From a virus (lineage: Duplodnaviria > Caudoviricetes), in IMG/VR virus record IMGVR_UViG_3300029288_000072, positions 64,001 to 128,000 of that record: 64,000 nt of DNA, one strand, 5' to 3'. Positions 9,604 through 19,859 of the stretch are shown piece after piece. A program made the position numbers and the translations under genes. The notes beneath the pieces are model-generated. The model had not been told where the DNA came from, searched no databases, and worked only from the letters and a program-made list of their open reading frames with translations. Every line of letters starts with the position of its first letter. Position 1 is the stretch's first letter.

Positions 9604-10194
9604 ATGAAATATTTTATCATATTTCTACTATTGAATTCAGGAATAGTAGTATCAGAGGAACCAAAAAAAGAGGAAATTAAACTTCCATTATCTGTAGAAA
9701 AGGCAGATGCCACATTAATAAAAGAATTAGAAGCAGCAACATCTGCATATAACAAATCCGTTGAAGAATCAATGAAAAAATACAATGCTGTTATTAAAAA
9801 AGAAAAAGATAAATTGAAATTATTAACAGATGCTCCTATAGTGGAAGAATTAGATAAAAAATTGGCAGGAGCAGAAGCATTACTTGCTGCTGCTAGGGAA
9901 ATGCAAGCTATTAAATTAGAAGTTCCTACATCTACAAATGCTCAACCACAACCAAAATTTAATATAATTGGACTTACTTTGATTTTTAAAGGAAAAGGAG
10001 AAATAACATTTGAGAAAGAAGAATTTTCTATGACATGGGATAGAGTTCATAAAAGAAAATGGACTAGCGAAGTTGTAAATAATCAGATAAATATAATTCT
10101 AAAATGGGAAAGAGGCGATGAACGATTAGTATATAATCCCACAACGAATACATTTACAACAGAGTTGTGGGGAGAAGCAACAATTAAGAAATGA
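9604..10194 (+). CDS. exported/periplasmic hypothetical protein
   Basis: Signal-peptide-like N-terminus, coiled coil, small beta domain. Confidence 0.7.
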   Translation: MKYFIIFLLLNSGIVVSEEPKKEEIKLPLSVEKADATLIKELEAATSAYNKSVEESMKKYNAVIKKEKDKLKLLTDAPIVEELDKKLAGAEALLAAAREMQAIKLEVPTSTNAQPQPKFNIIGLTLIFKGKGEITFEKEEFSMTWDRVHKRKWTSEVVNNQINIILKWERGDERLVYNPTTNTFTTELWGEATIKK

Positions 10195-10861
10195 TTTTAT
10201 AATCTAATATCATGTCATTATAGTTTTTAAATATATAATGCATACCATAGCAATTAGATTTAAACTCCTTAATTTGTGATATTATAGTTTTATCTATTAA
10301 GTTATATGAATTACAATATTTTAGATCAACCATTTCTTGTAAGCATGGTTGATCTAAAAGTTTTGGTTGTGATGATATACGATTTTCAATTTTTTGCGAC
10401 CAATCAATATAGAAATCTTTAAACTTATTAGGGTTAAAATATATGAAACCAGAACAAACCTTATTTCTTTTTAATTTTCTAATTTTATATCCTTCGTGTG
10501 ATATATGAATAAAAGAATCTGATAGTGTATCTAAATAATCATTTATGTTTTTAAAATATAATATATCAGAGTCAGAATATATAATTCTATCAAAGTTGTA
10601 AATATCAACTATATTTGGTAGTTGGCTTTTTAACCATTTACAAATATTATGAATTCCATATTCATAATATTTTTGTGGTATTATATTTTCCGCATTAATA
10701 TAAACAACTTCTGTTCTATTAATTTTATTTTCTATTTCCGTTGGTGAAACTATATATATTTTAATATTTTTATTATAAAATCTTAAATAACTTTCTATAC
10801 TAATATTCGTAATATTTGATATATTATTAGATGATATTGTATAATATAAAGTAGTCATCAA
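10184..10861 (-). CDS. GT-A glycosyltransferase (GT8/nucleotide-diphospho-sugar transferase-like)
   Basis: IIYSDSDIL (DxD), CSGFIYF, LDQPCLQ, MHY. Confidence 0.8.
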   Translation of the reverse strand: MMTTLYYTISSNNISNITNISIESYLRFYNKNIKIYIVSPTEIENKINRTEVVYINAENIIPQKYYEYGIHNICKWLKSQLPNIVDIYNFDRIIYSDSDILYFKNINDYLDTLSDSFIHISHEGYKIRKLKRNKVCSGFIYFNPNKFKDFYIDWSQKIENRISSQPKLLDQPCLQEMVDLKYCNSYNLIDKTIISQIKEFKSNCYGMHYIFKNYNDMILDYKIIS

Positions 10862-11460
10862 TAATCAACATCACTTTTTAAATTATATTGTGCGGTTAAT
10901 GTTACATTTGTTCTATAACTTAATATTTTAAAATCATGAATAGATCTATCTATAATTGTATTTTGTGTTTTTATAAAATTCATATAGTCAGTATTTATTA
11001 ATAGATCTTTATTTATTGAATAAAAATGTGATCCATATTTTTTTGTATGATTTATTAATTTAAGAGATGGTATATCTGTTATGAATTTTTTATTTTTCTT
11101 TCTAAAATATGGTTTCTCATTATGAAAACTTACTATATACCAATCAATATTTTTTATAATATTTATGTATTCCATAAAAATATTTTTAAAATTTGGATGA
11201 AAAATACAATCATCTTCTGCAATTAAACTATATTGTGAATTTTCTTTTAATATAGTTTCATAACATAGCAAATGACTTTGCTTACACCCATTTGCACCAC
11301 TCTTTCTAATCTTTTTATTTCTAGTATCTATTGCTTCTATTCTAACAATATCATTTTCATGAAAATTAAATGACATCAATGTATCATGTAATATATTAAA
11401 TTTTTCTATTCTATCATGTAAATTTATAATATAAATTTTATTAAAATATCCACATATCAT
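10858..11460 (-). CDS. glycosyltransferase family 25
   Basis: IYIINL...R, RIEAID, GCKQSH, LIAEDDC. Confidence 0.88.
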   Translation of the reverse strand: MICGYFNKIYIINLHDRIEKFNILHDTLMSFNFHENDIVRIEAIDTRNKKIRKSGANGCKQSHLLCYETILKENSQYSLIAEDDCIFHPNFKNIFMEYINIIKNIDWYIVSFHNEKPYFRKKNKKFITDIPSLKLINHTKKYGSHFYSINKDLLINTDYMNFIKTQNTIIDRSIHDFKILSYRTNVTLTAQYNLKSDVDY

Positions 11461-12683
11461 AAAGTTATATTATCCTTTTTATTATATAATAAACACAATC
11501 CTTTTTCTGTATTATATATATGACATTTTATATCTGGATTGTCGTTCATTATTTTTTGTATACTCTCTTTTTCTCCTGACCTATGGCAATCGTGTATAAT
11601 TACAATTTTTGAAGAAGATATTGCATAGTGTAATGTATTATATCTTGATAAATGTTTTGTTCCTTTTGGTGAATCTACTAATGATAAATCATACATTTTA
11701 TCAGTTATGATATTTAATCCAGGAACATCATAAAATATGGTACTATCTATATTATATATTTTTTTATAATAATCCATATATTTTTGTACATATTCATATG
11801 AATCAATATTACATTTCATATTTTTGAAAAATACTGTCGATGTTCCAGGACCAAATTCTAACACAGATTTTATATTGTTATTATTAATGATTTTTTGTAA
11901 AATTTCAAATTCTATTTTTGTTAAACTACATTTTTGTATAGGTGGTATTATAGATTCTTCTATAGAAATATTTTTTGAATATTTTTCATATAGAATTAAA
12001 AACTCGTTACAGTAATCAAAAGATTTTAAAAAAGAAAACACATCAGGTATATTCAGTTTTTGATGTAATACTTTCGGAGTTTCTTTCAATGTTTTTAATG
12101 TTTTTCTCCAATTTCCACACATATTAAATCTATATGGAAAATCTTTATTATTGACTATATTAATATTTGTATGATTATCTATAACATACCGACCAAAAAC
12201 AAACATAAATCCATTGCGTTTGTCTCTATTTTTATATTTTTCATAAAAATTTTCAATAATCGGTATCATATTTATGGAGAAAAAACTACTTTGATCTGAT
12301 ATTTTTCTTTTATGTAATTTTCCAGCACACACAAAATCATATTGTCCTAATATAGACTCATATTCAAATTTTTCTATTTCATAACAGTCATGATCTTTCA
12401 AATATACAGAATCTTTATATGATTCTAAAATATATTTAACGCCTAGATATTTCGCCATACAACTTCCTATAAACCCTTTAAATATTTCTTCATTATTAAT
12501 ACATTTTATTCCCATATATTCATGATCAAAATTTGTAATTATTTTAATGTCATCTTTATTCCAACCAATTCTTAATGAATTTTCTATTTGTAGATTTATA
12601 TATGGAATTACATTTTCAATAGATAATGCTCTTTTCCATGAATTTTCTTTTGAATCTACTGTATATACAATGACGTTTTTCAA
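11457..12683 (-). CDS. putative glycosyltransferase-like domain fused to class I SAM methyltransferase
   Basis: N-terminal LKDHDC (DxD); C-terminal VLEFGPGTST, LVDSP, IIHDC. Confidence 0.7.
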   Translation of the reverse strand: MKNVIVYTVDSKENSWKRALSIENVIPYINLQIENSLRIGWNKDDIKIITNFDHEYMGIKCINNEEIFKGFIGSCMAKYLGVKYILESYKDSVYLKDHDCYEIEKFEYESILGQYDFVCAGKLHKRKISDQSSFFSINMIPIIENFYEKYKNRDKRNGFMFVFGRYVIDNHTNINIVNNKDFPYRFNMCGNWRKTLKTLKETPKVLHQKLNIPDVFSFLKSFDYCNEFLILYEKYSKNISIEESIIPPIQKCSLTKIEFEILQKIINNNNIKSVLEFGPGTSTVFFKNMKCNIDSYEYVQKYMDYYKKIYNIDSTIFYDVPGLNIITDKMYDLSLVDSPKGTKHLSRYNTLHYAISSSKIVIIHDCHRSGEKESIQKIMNDNPDIKCHIYNTEKGLCLLYNKKDNITL

Positions 12684-13399
12684 ATTGGAGTTCCTATATA
12701 TTCATATGATATATTTAAATTTTTTAATATTATTTCCGATTCATTTTTATATTTGTAGAATGATCCCCATGGTTTTGATGATATATGTTTATGCAATCTT
12801 TTATCATATTGATGACCAAATTTTTCTTTTGTTATTTCTTTATTTAATCCATCGCACCCAATAAATTTAATATGTGATATTCCAGTAAAAAAACAAAAAA
12901 GTAATGCTGTTTTTATTGTTCCTATATGAGTTGGCAACCAATTTCTTTCCGCCATTATGTATCTTGATATATCTGTAAATTTTATATTACACGTTTCATA
13001 TTTATATGGATATCCACAAAGTTCAGGGGAATCTTTCATCAATCCTTTATTCCTATTATATAATACACAATAATCTTTTATTTTTATACCATTTTTATCT
13101 ATAAAATCTGGATAATATTTTGATTCTTTCTTTGATTCCCATGACGGAAGAATACATGTATAAAACTTATTATTTTCTACTACATTTTTTGTCGCAATAT
13201 CATGCGCAAACATAAAATTATTATCTTTATCTTCTAATAAATATTCTTTACATAATAATGCACTTTCATTAATAAACAATTTAACAGAGTTTATATTTTT
13301 TAATTCAGAATAATCAAATAGTGTTGGACCTTTACCGACTATCAAACATTCTTGGTGTTTAAAAACATTAATATATGGAGATATAGTTAGTGAAGTCAT
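12680..13399 (-). CDS. Maf/DUF115 (MptE-like) sugar transferase-like protein
   Basis: CLIVGKGPT...INES...GISHIKFIGCD. Confidence 0.7.
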   Translation of the reverse strand: MTSLTISPYINVFKHQECLIVGKGPTLFDYSELKNINSVKLFINESALLCKEYLLEDKDNNFMFAHDIATKNVVENNKFYTCILPSWESKKESKYYPDFIDKNGIKIKDYCVLYNRNKGLMKDSPELCGYPYKYETCNIKFTDISRYIMAERNWLPTHIGTIKTALLFCFFTGISHIKFIGCDGLNKEITKEKFGHQYDKRLHKHISSKPWGSFYKYKNESEIILKNLNISYEYIGTPI

Positions 13400-14367
13400 T
13401 TTTTATCATCTATTTTTCTATCATATAATCCGGCGGTTTTTTCTGTAATTATATCTGGTATGTATTGTGTTGATTCTGTTATACAATCAATGAATGATTT
13501 ATATGGAAATGCTTTTAATTTAGATTCTTTATTACAATTATAAATATTAAAATTATTTTTTTCAAATATTGGTTGTAATTCAGCAAATCTTGATTTTAAT
13601 GCATCATATGTCTGCTTATTACTATTAATTGAATTTCCTGTTCTATCTTGATCAAAATGATATTTCTTATTTTCTGACATGTCTAAATCACATCCTAATA
13701 AATATACTTTTCTGAACCCCAATTGATATAATATTCTAATTGCTGCTAGCATAACAGATCTTTTACCACCAAGATCTTTATGACATCCCCAATTTACAGT
13801 ATCTTCCCATAGAAATTGATCTGCATTGAAATGGTTATTTCTTCTATAATATATTACATTAGGACATATACTTGGTGTAATATCACTAACTTCCCATTTT
13901 TCATTATCAAATATTTTTTTATTCGTATGGCATAATGGTATTATTTTTTGTATTTTGGGGTCTAAAAAAATGCTTTTTATAAATCTTTGAGGATGATCAA
14001 CTGATACCCATAAATTTGATCTAAATGTTTTAATAGAATTATTTACACCCATTGTACAATGTCCTGGATAGTCTAATAATTCTTTTGTAGTATATTCTTT
14101 ATTTCTAAAGAAAAATTTTTGAGCCATTAACTCTCCAAATGATGGTCCACCAAGAATCAAAAAACACGAAAATCCTTTATATAAATCTCCTATCCATAAA
14201 TTATGACCATCTTGTGTAAAAAATATTGGTGATGGTTGTAAAAACTGATTAATTGGATATCCAAATGTATTATCTCTTGCATGACGCAATTGTGCCCAAT
14301 CTTGTTTGTCTGTCTTTTCACTTTTTGGAAAAGAGTCTTTACTTCTTGTTAAAAATTTAAATTCCAT
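13396..14367 (-). CDS. Maf/DUF115 (MptE-like) sugar transferase-like protein
   Basis: FLILGGPS, MGVNNS, WVSVD, LGFRKVYLLGCDL, IYNCNKES; ATG at 14367 is coupled (TAATG) to the upstream stop. Confidence 0.75.
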   Translation of the reverse strand: MEFKFLTRSKDSFPKSEKTDKQDWAQLRHARDNTFGYPINQFLQPSPIFFTQDGHNLWIGDLYKGFSCFLILGGPSFGELMAQKFFFRNKEYTTKELLDYPGHCTMGVNNSIKTFRSNLWVSVDHPQRFIKSIFLDPKIQKIIPLCHTNKKIFDNEKWEVSDITPSICPNVIYYRRNNHFNADQFLWEDTVNWGCHKDLGGKRSVMLAAIRILYQLGFRKVYLLGCDLDMSENKKYHFDQDRTGNSINSNKQTYDALKSRFAELQPIFEKNNFNIYNCNKESKLKAFPYKSFIDCITESTQYIPDIITEKTAGLYDRKIDDKK

Positions 14368-15212
14368 TATATTATAGCACCTTCTATATTTAACCAATCT
14401 TTATATTCACGTATTTCTATATTAATTTTATTTACACATTGTAATAAATCAACATTTACATTTATATCTTTTGCATATTGCACAATCGCATTTAAATCTT
14501 TTACTAAACATTTTCCACCAAACCCATATTCTCCATCCGGCCCAGGAACAGAACTATGGGAATTTCCTATTCGTTCATTATCGAATTCAACACACCGTAT
14601 TATATGTTCCCAACTATCAGAAGTTTTTGATAATTTTACAATATTATACATCTGATTCATAAAAATAACTTTTGTAGCCAAAAAACAATTTGTTATATAT
14701 TTTACAAGACTTGCTCCAACCAAATCACAAATTCCTATTTTATAATTATTATTACAGTTGCTATATTTTTTAAATAAATCTACTATTTCTAAACAATCTT
14801 CTAACTTTCCTCCAATGATCAATGACTTCATATTAATCATATCGTGAAGATAGTTTTTTTCTGTTAAAAATTCTGGACACATAACTAGACGAAATTTATA
14901 TTTCTGATGATATTCTTGTAATTTATCTGGTGTTACAGTAGACTTTATACAGATTATAGGATTAACCTGTTTATTAATATAATTATTTAATTTTAATAAT
15001 ATAGAATCTAATATTTCTGTATTAATTTTACCAGTATTTAAATCCATTGGCGTCGGAACACATAAAAATATAATTCTACTATTCGTGACTAAATAGTTTA
15101 TATCTGTACTATTTGTATATTTTGGATCATTTAAATAAATTTCAATATTATTTTTGAATGCATGTTCTACTGCTTTCCCTACAATACCGTACCCAATTAT
15201 ACCAATTCCCAT
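14367..15212 (-). CDS. ugd: UDP-glucose/GDP-mannose 6-dehydrogenase (lacks C-terminal domain)
   Basis: GIIGYGIVG, CVPTP, IKSTV, CPEFL, KYITN, FGGKCLVKD. Confidence 0.9.
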   Translation of the reverse strand: MGIGIIGYGIVGKAVEHAFKNNIEIYLNDPKYTNSTDINYLVTNSRIIFLCVPTPMDLNTGKINTEILDSILLKLNNYINKQVNPIICIKSTVTPDKLQEYHQKYKFRLVMCPEFLTEKNYLHDMINMKSLIIGGKLEDCLEIVDLFKKYSNCNNNYKIGICDLVGASLVKYITNCFLATKVIFMNQMYNIVKLSKTSDSWEHIIRCVEFDNERIGNSHSSVPGPDGEYGFGGKCLVKDLNAIVQYAKDINVNVDLLQCVNKINIEIREYKDWLNIEGAII

Positions 15213-15228
15213 GAATATCCTTTTTAAT

Positions 15229-15579
15229 TTAATAAAACAGAATTAACCATTTATCTTCTTTCTGTATAACATTTAAACCATTATAAATCCAATTTTCTTC
15301 TTTTACAACATTTAATAAATTTTTATATATTTCAGCAGATGGTTCTATTTCAATAACATCACCAATAACATTTTTTCCCATTTCATTATTAATAAAAGAA
15401 ATAAATTTGTCAAATTTATCATTATGCAATCTTTTTAATTTACTTATTTCAAATAAAATATTAGATTTTGCATTCGAAACCATTTTAATAAATTTAAAAT
15501 CATTAATATTGTCTTCTGAAATTTTATCTGGATATTTTAATATAAAATTTACTATAGTTTCAAATTCTTTATTTTCCAT
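15229..15579 (-). CDS. hypothetical protein
   Basis: 116-aa ORF, AGGAG RBS. Confidence 0.7.
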   Translation of the reverse strand: MENKEFETIVNFILKYPDKISEDNINDFKFIKMVSNAKSNILFEISKLKRLHNDKFDKFISFINNEMGKNVIGDVIEIEPSAEIYKNLLNVVKEENWIYNGLNVIQKEDKWLILFY

Positions 15580-15625
15580 GAAATTCTCCTGGTTATTATT
15601 TTATCATAATAAAAAAATTTTTAAT

Positions 15626-17575
15626 TTAGCAAGGAATAGATGATAAATTAATTGTCAAATCTATTTCTTGATTCCATTTTTCTAAACTATAAAATGGATT
15701 TGTACTTGGTGTACATTGTTCACTTCCAAATCCAGAATCAACTATTACACCAAAATCATAAAATGCTCTTATTCTAACTATATTTTCACAACATCCATTA
15801 ATATAAAAATATTGACCACTAAACATATAAAATTGATCTGGATATACCGTTGTAAAATATTCTTCTCCCCCCCCATTATCTACATATATATCTAATGCAG
15901 TAACATACAATGCATTGCCTACGAATCCTGTTCCTCCCATTTCATTATCATAATCGGATGAATCAAATACTAAATTTGTTGCAGTTATTGAACCACATGC
16001 ACCAATATTATTACATCCAGAACAAGTTGCTGTTGCTTTTATACTTGAAGAATCTAGATAAACATAAAATCCGGGATATAATGCTCCACTCGTACAATCA
16101 ACTTCACTTGGAATAGTAACAATATGACCGCTAATACTTGTATTAGATGTAGTTAAATTTAATGTTATTGATTGGGAAGTTGATAAATCCCAATCTTCAT
16201 GGCTAGTTCCTGGATTTTCTGGATCATCATATATAGTTGAACACTGATTATAATAATTTAAATATGTACATGGACTATCTCCAGAACAATTACATGCAGT
16301 TACAAATTCTAAGATAGCACTATTCATATAATATTGAATTGTTATATTAGATGCTTGTTCTTCTGGAGTTCCTCCACTTCTGGAAGTATCGCCAAAATAT
16401 TGATCATCTCCACAACCAAGAGGAATAGGACCATATGTTTCTCCTGGGTTAATTTGTAATCCTTCTGTAAATCCCAAATCACTTGTATATATAAATGCAC
16501 ATTCGGCGCTTGTACAAAAAGATGTTGCGTCTATATATAAAGAGGCATCTAATGAAACCTCAAAATATTTATTATTAACTGTTGTACATTCTACACTTGC
16601 AAGATTATCTATTGTAACATTGCTTAATGTTTGTACATCTGCGCATAAACAATCTACAGAAGATGAACTAGATGAGGAACTATCAGAATAGGAAGAACTA
16701 TCAGAAAATGAACTTGAAGATGAACTTGAAGATGAACTATCTGATGAGGATGAAGAACTAGAAGAAGATGAACTATCTGATGAGGATGAAGAACTAGAGG
16801 AAGAACTTTCCGGACAATCGCAGCAAAAACAATATGTATGTCCTTGTAATTTTGCTGCCTGAACAGGCAATTCTTCAAAATGTTTTATAGAAAACCATTG
16901 TCCAGCACCAACTCTTGTAGAACAATCACCAGCAACACCTTCACAATTACCAGCATCGCAATCGCAAGATGAATCTGCTACCTTTGATGTTAAGAATGTT
17001 ATTCCAAAATTATTACAAACATATTCATTATAACAATTTGAACCAGTTGGTTCTAACAAATCATCTCCATTGTTGTAGCATGTATCAGAAACACCAATAT
17101 TTACTACTATATTATCTGCAATTTCCTTAATTGCGTCTCGTATTCTATTTATTGTTATAGCTTTTATTGCTGCACCCTGTACTACTTCTGCCTTTGATCT
17201 TAATGAATCATCAATTCCTTCTGTTAATAATAGTCTTGCAGCATTTATATGAGCACATGTTTCACTTGGAGTACATGTATATTCTTTTGTTGCTTGTGGA
17301 ACATATGAACCAGTTTGTCCTGTATAATTTACTGTCTGCTCTACATCATCATATGTTTGTGTTTCTTCATTATATAAAGAACATGGATACACTATTGTAG
17401 TATTACCTGTATATGTTCCTCCTGTCCATGTTGCATAATTCCATTCACAATCTGTATCATATGATAATGCCTGTTCAGGACAATTTATTGCTATTTCTGC
17501 CTGAATCAATGCGAATATATCAGCAACTTGTTGTATATATGCCTGAATAGTCGTGGCGTCGCAATTACAAGTCAT
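15626..17575 (-). CDS. Cys-rich, acidic, poly-Ser virion/fibre-associated protein
   Basis: Many Cys, ~50-residue Ser tract, coupled to the collagen fibre gene. Confidence 0.7.
   Translation of the reverse strand: MTCNCDATTIQAYIQQVADIFALIQAEIAINCPEQALSYDTDCEWNYATWTGGTYTGNTTIVYPCSLYNEETQTYDDVEQTVNYTGQTGSYVPQATKEYTCTPSETCAHINAARLLLTEGIDDSLRSKAEVVQGAAIKAITINRIRDAIKEIADNIVVNIGVSDTCYNNGDDLLEPTGSNCYNEYVCNNFGITFLTSKVADSSCDCDAGNCEGVAGDCSTRVGAGQWFSIKHFEELPVQAAKLQGHTYCFCCDCPESSSSSSSSSSDSSSSSSSSSSSDSSSSSSSSSSFSDSSSYSDSSSSSSSSVDCLCADVQTLSNVTIDNLASVECTTVNNKYFEVSLDASLYIDATSFCTSAECAFIYTSDLGFTEGLQINPGETYGPIPLGCGDDQYFGDTSRSGGTPEEQASNITIQYYMNSAILEFVTACNCSGDSPCTYLNYYNQCSTIYDDPENPGTSHEDWDLSTSQSITLNLTTSNTSISGHIVTIPSEVDCTSGALYPGFYVYLDSSSIKATATCSGCNNIGACGSITATNLVFDSSDYDNEMGGTGFVGNALYVTALDIYVDNGGGEEYFTTVYPDQFYMFSGQYFYINGCCENIVRIRAFYDFGVIVDSGFGSEQCTPSTNPFYSLEKWNQEIDLTINLSSIPC
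16658..16808 (-). repeat. poly-Ser low-complexity tract with 36-bp tandem duplication
   Basis: GAAGATGAACTATCTGATGAGGATGAAGAACTAGA at 16728 and 16764. Confidence 0.9.
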
Positions 17576-17587
17576 AGAAATCCTTTA

Positions 17588-19582
17588 TCAAGTATATGTA
17601 CAGCAAACATTTCCGCGAGTAACAGTTATTTCTATTGCACCATCACCATTACACGTTGATGTTATGCCAGTCAATGCACAACCAGTTCCTTCTGTTTCTA
17701 TTGTAATTAAATCTTCCAGATTTTTCTTTTGGTATTTAAGTATATCACCACATGCACCTGCATCTTTAGATAAATCAACAATTACATTGAAACATCCACC
17801 ACCAGATGAAGCAACTTCTTCTTCAATATCTGTTATTAATGGTGGTATTTTTTTTGCACGGGCTTCATATTGACAGGTTTCTGCATTCTTAGTTAATGTC
17901 TCTATTACAAAATCACCAGGACATAAATTTTCATTTTCTGGAATATAAAGAATAGTAGGAAATGTTAGTGTATGTTTTGTAACATCAAATCTACATACTG
18001 CATTATTATATTCTATTGTTGAAATAACATCACCAAAACATTGCTCTCCACCGTCAATAATATTTATTGTTGGGGCTGCAACATCGGCATATAATGAATG
18101 TAATGCACCAATACTAATAGTAGATGTTGTTGGAGTTATGGATATTCCAATTTCGCCTTCTACTTTTACTCTATTAACCCCTCCTGCAATACAACCATGG
18201 ATTCCAACTTGATTTACGATAGGAATACCACTTAATGATCTGAAAGACAATATTAATCCTGGACATGACGGAGTAACTACATCTGTACTTTTTTCTGCTA
18301 TTATTGCGGATCCACCACCAGTATTTACATTTGATGATGAATCATTTCCATTTATATTTGCTGTTAAATATGTTGTTGTATAATTTAATACTGCACATCC
18401 ATCAACACCAGTAATTTTGGATAAACTATTTACCGATAATAAATCATAAGAAGTTGGTTCTGTACATTCAATTTCAATGTCTACCAATCCGGTATTTACT
18501 AATGTATCACCATCTCTAATTTCTAATCCACATCCATAGTATAATGGATCATTACAATCTAAACATATACCATCTCTACCATTTTCTCCGTCTTCCCCGG
18601 CAGGACCACGCGGACCAGTTGGGCCTTGTATACCTTGTATACCTTGTTGTCCCTGTGGCCCTTGTATACCTTGCGGTCCTGTGCTACCAGTAGGGCCAGC
18701 AGGACCAGGAGATCCAGCAGGACCAGGAGGACCAGCAGGACCAGGAATTGCACCGGCTGGATCACATACTAATGATGCAACATGCATTGTACCATCCGTT
18801 AATGTTGCTACTAAAATATATCCCGCACTAGATACAAATCCTGATACTTGATATGTTGTTGTATCAATCTGTGTTATTGTTAAATCCCCGCACGATGCAG
18901 TAACATCAGGAACTACACAATCACAGTCTGTTAAATTAACTTCAATACCGTATGTAGATGAACAATCAAGAGAACTTATTTCAGTATCACAATTTCCTGA
19001 CAATTGTACTGTTATTACACTACATTCGGCACAATCGAATGAAATAGTTGGAGTCAAATTGTCTGCAAAATATCCTATTAAATTGCCTTCGCAAAATGCA
19101 CCAACATACTGATGACATGTTCTTTCTACTGGTTGAAATAAAAATCCATATTTTTGTTTTTTACCAACTATTACCTTACAAGATCCCTCTGTAGTAGGAG
19201 GAACGTGTGTTAGTCCTCCAGGAATTATATCGCTTAAATATAATAATTGACCAAAATTGCCAGGAATTTTTGTAGGATCTGGTGAATCATCTTGTACTTT
19301 TCCATTTATGTCTAACGTGAAAAAATCTTTGGTTAATGGAAAGCGATACATCATCGGTGCATCACTTTGTTTTAGATAGAAATAATTATCTCCTTGAAAT
19401 TCCCATACTATACCAGAAATAACAGACTTATTTTCACATGCTAATGCTGGTTTATAATCTCCATCAGTATCTTGGTATACTATTTGACCAATTTCTAATG
19501 TATTTTTTGCATTTATCTGATAAATCAATACTGGATCTGTGTGAAAGTGCCCTGTTGTCTTATCTCTTCTTGATATTGACAT
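17588..19582 (-). CDS. Cys-rich collagen-repeat tail fibre-like protein
   Basis: About 19 Gly-X-Y triplets; N-terminal YLSD..PGGLT..PP motif common in phage fibres; many Cys. Confidence 0.8.
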   Translation of the reverse strand: MSISRRDKTTGHFHTDPVLIYQINAKNTLEIGQIVYQDTDGDYKPALACENKSVISGIVWEFQGDNYFYLKQSDAPMMYRFPLTKDFFTLDINGKVQDDSPDPTKIPGNFGQLLYLSDIIPGGLTHVPPTTEGSCKVIVGKKQKYGFLFQPVERTCHQYVGAFCEGNLIGYFADNLTPTISFDCAECSVITVQLSGNCDTEISSLDCSSTYGIEVNLTDCDCVVPDVTASCGDLTITQIDTTTYQVSGFVSSAGYILVATLTDGTMHVASLVCDPAGAIPGPAGPPGPAGSPGPAGPTGSTGPQGIQGPQGQQGIQGIQGPTGPRGPAGEDGENGRDGICLDCNDPLYYGCGLEIRDGDTLVNTGLVDIEIECTEPTSYDLLSVNSLSKITGVDGCAVLNYTTTYLTANINGNDSSSNVNTGGGSAIIAEKSTDVVTPSCPGLILSFRSLSGIPIVNQVGIHGCIAGGVNRVKVEGEIGISITPTTSTISIGALHSLYADVAAPTINIIDGGEQCFGDVISTIEYNNAVCRFDVTKHTLTFPTILYIPENENLCPGDFVIETLTKNAETCQYEARAKKIPPLITDIEEEVASSGGGCFNVIVDLSKDAGACGDILKYQKKNLEDLITIETEGTGCALTGITSTCNGDGAIEITVTRGNVCCTYT
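18569..18742 (-). repeat. collagen (Gly-X-Y)n repeat
   Basis: [27 protein letters not shown]...GRDG. Confidence 0.95.
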
Positions 19583-19613
19583 TCGCTACTCCAAACGTAT
19601 AATAATACAATAC

Positions 19614-19625
19614 TATTTATAAATA
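19614..19625. promoter_or_regulatory. bidirectional T4-type late promoter (TATTTATAAATA palindrome)
   Basis: TATAAATA on both strands between divergent genes 19582(-) and 19674(+). Confidence 0.7.
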
Positions 19626-19673
19626 TTTGAGAGACTTGATATAATATATTATACATTAATTTAGGAGATTTTA

Positions 19674-19859
19674 ATGAAAGAATTATACTGTCCATTATGT
19701 CATACTATTATAACTGTTAGATCTACAACAGATAATGTGATTTGTAATAAATGCCTTGTAGAGACAGGAAACTCTGTTATAATGATAGAATCGCCTGATA
19801 CAGCAGAAAATATTAGATATTTAGGCGACGGATTATTTGAGAAAAAACAAAAGGATTGA
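19674..19859 (+). CDS. small zinc-ribbon protein
   Basis: CPLC...CNKC; AGGAG RBS. Confidence 0.7.
   Translation: MKELYCPLCHTIITVRSTTDNVICNKCLVETGNSVIMIESPDTAENIRYLGDGLFEKKQKD

Noticed and set aside
10858-11460. GT25 as a collagen galactosyltransferase for the nearby collagen repeat
   Set aside because: Such enzymes need hydroxylysine; the Gly-X-Y tract has no Lys and no hydroxylase is in the window
16658-18742. Tandem repeats as CRISPR array or DGR template/variable repeats
   Set aside because: They are in-frame coding repeats (poly-Ser, collagen), with no unique spacers, no adenine-specific variant pair and no reverse transcriptase
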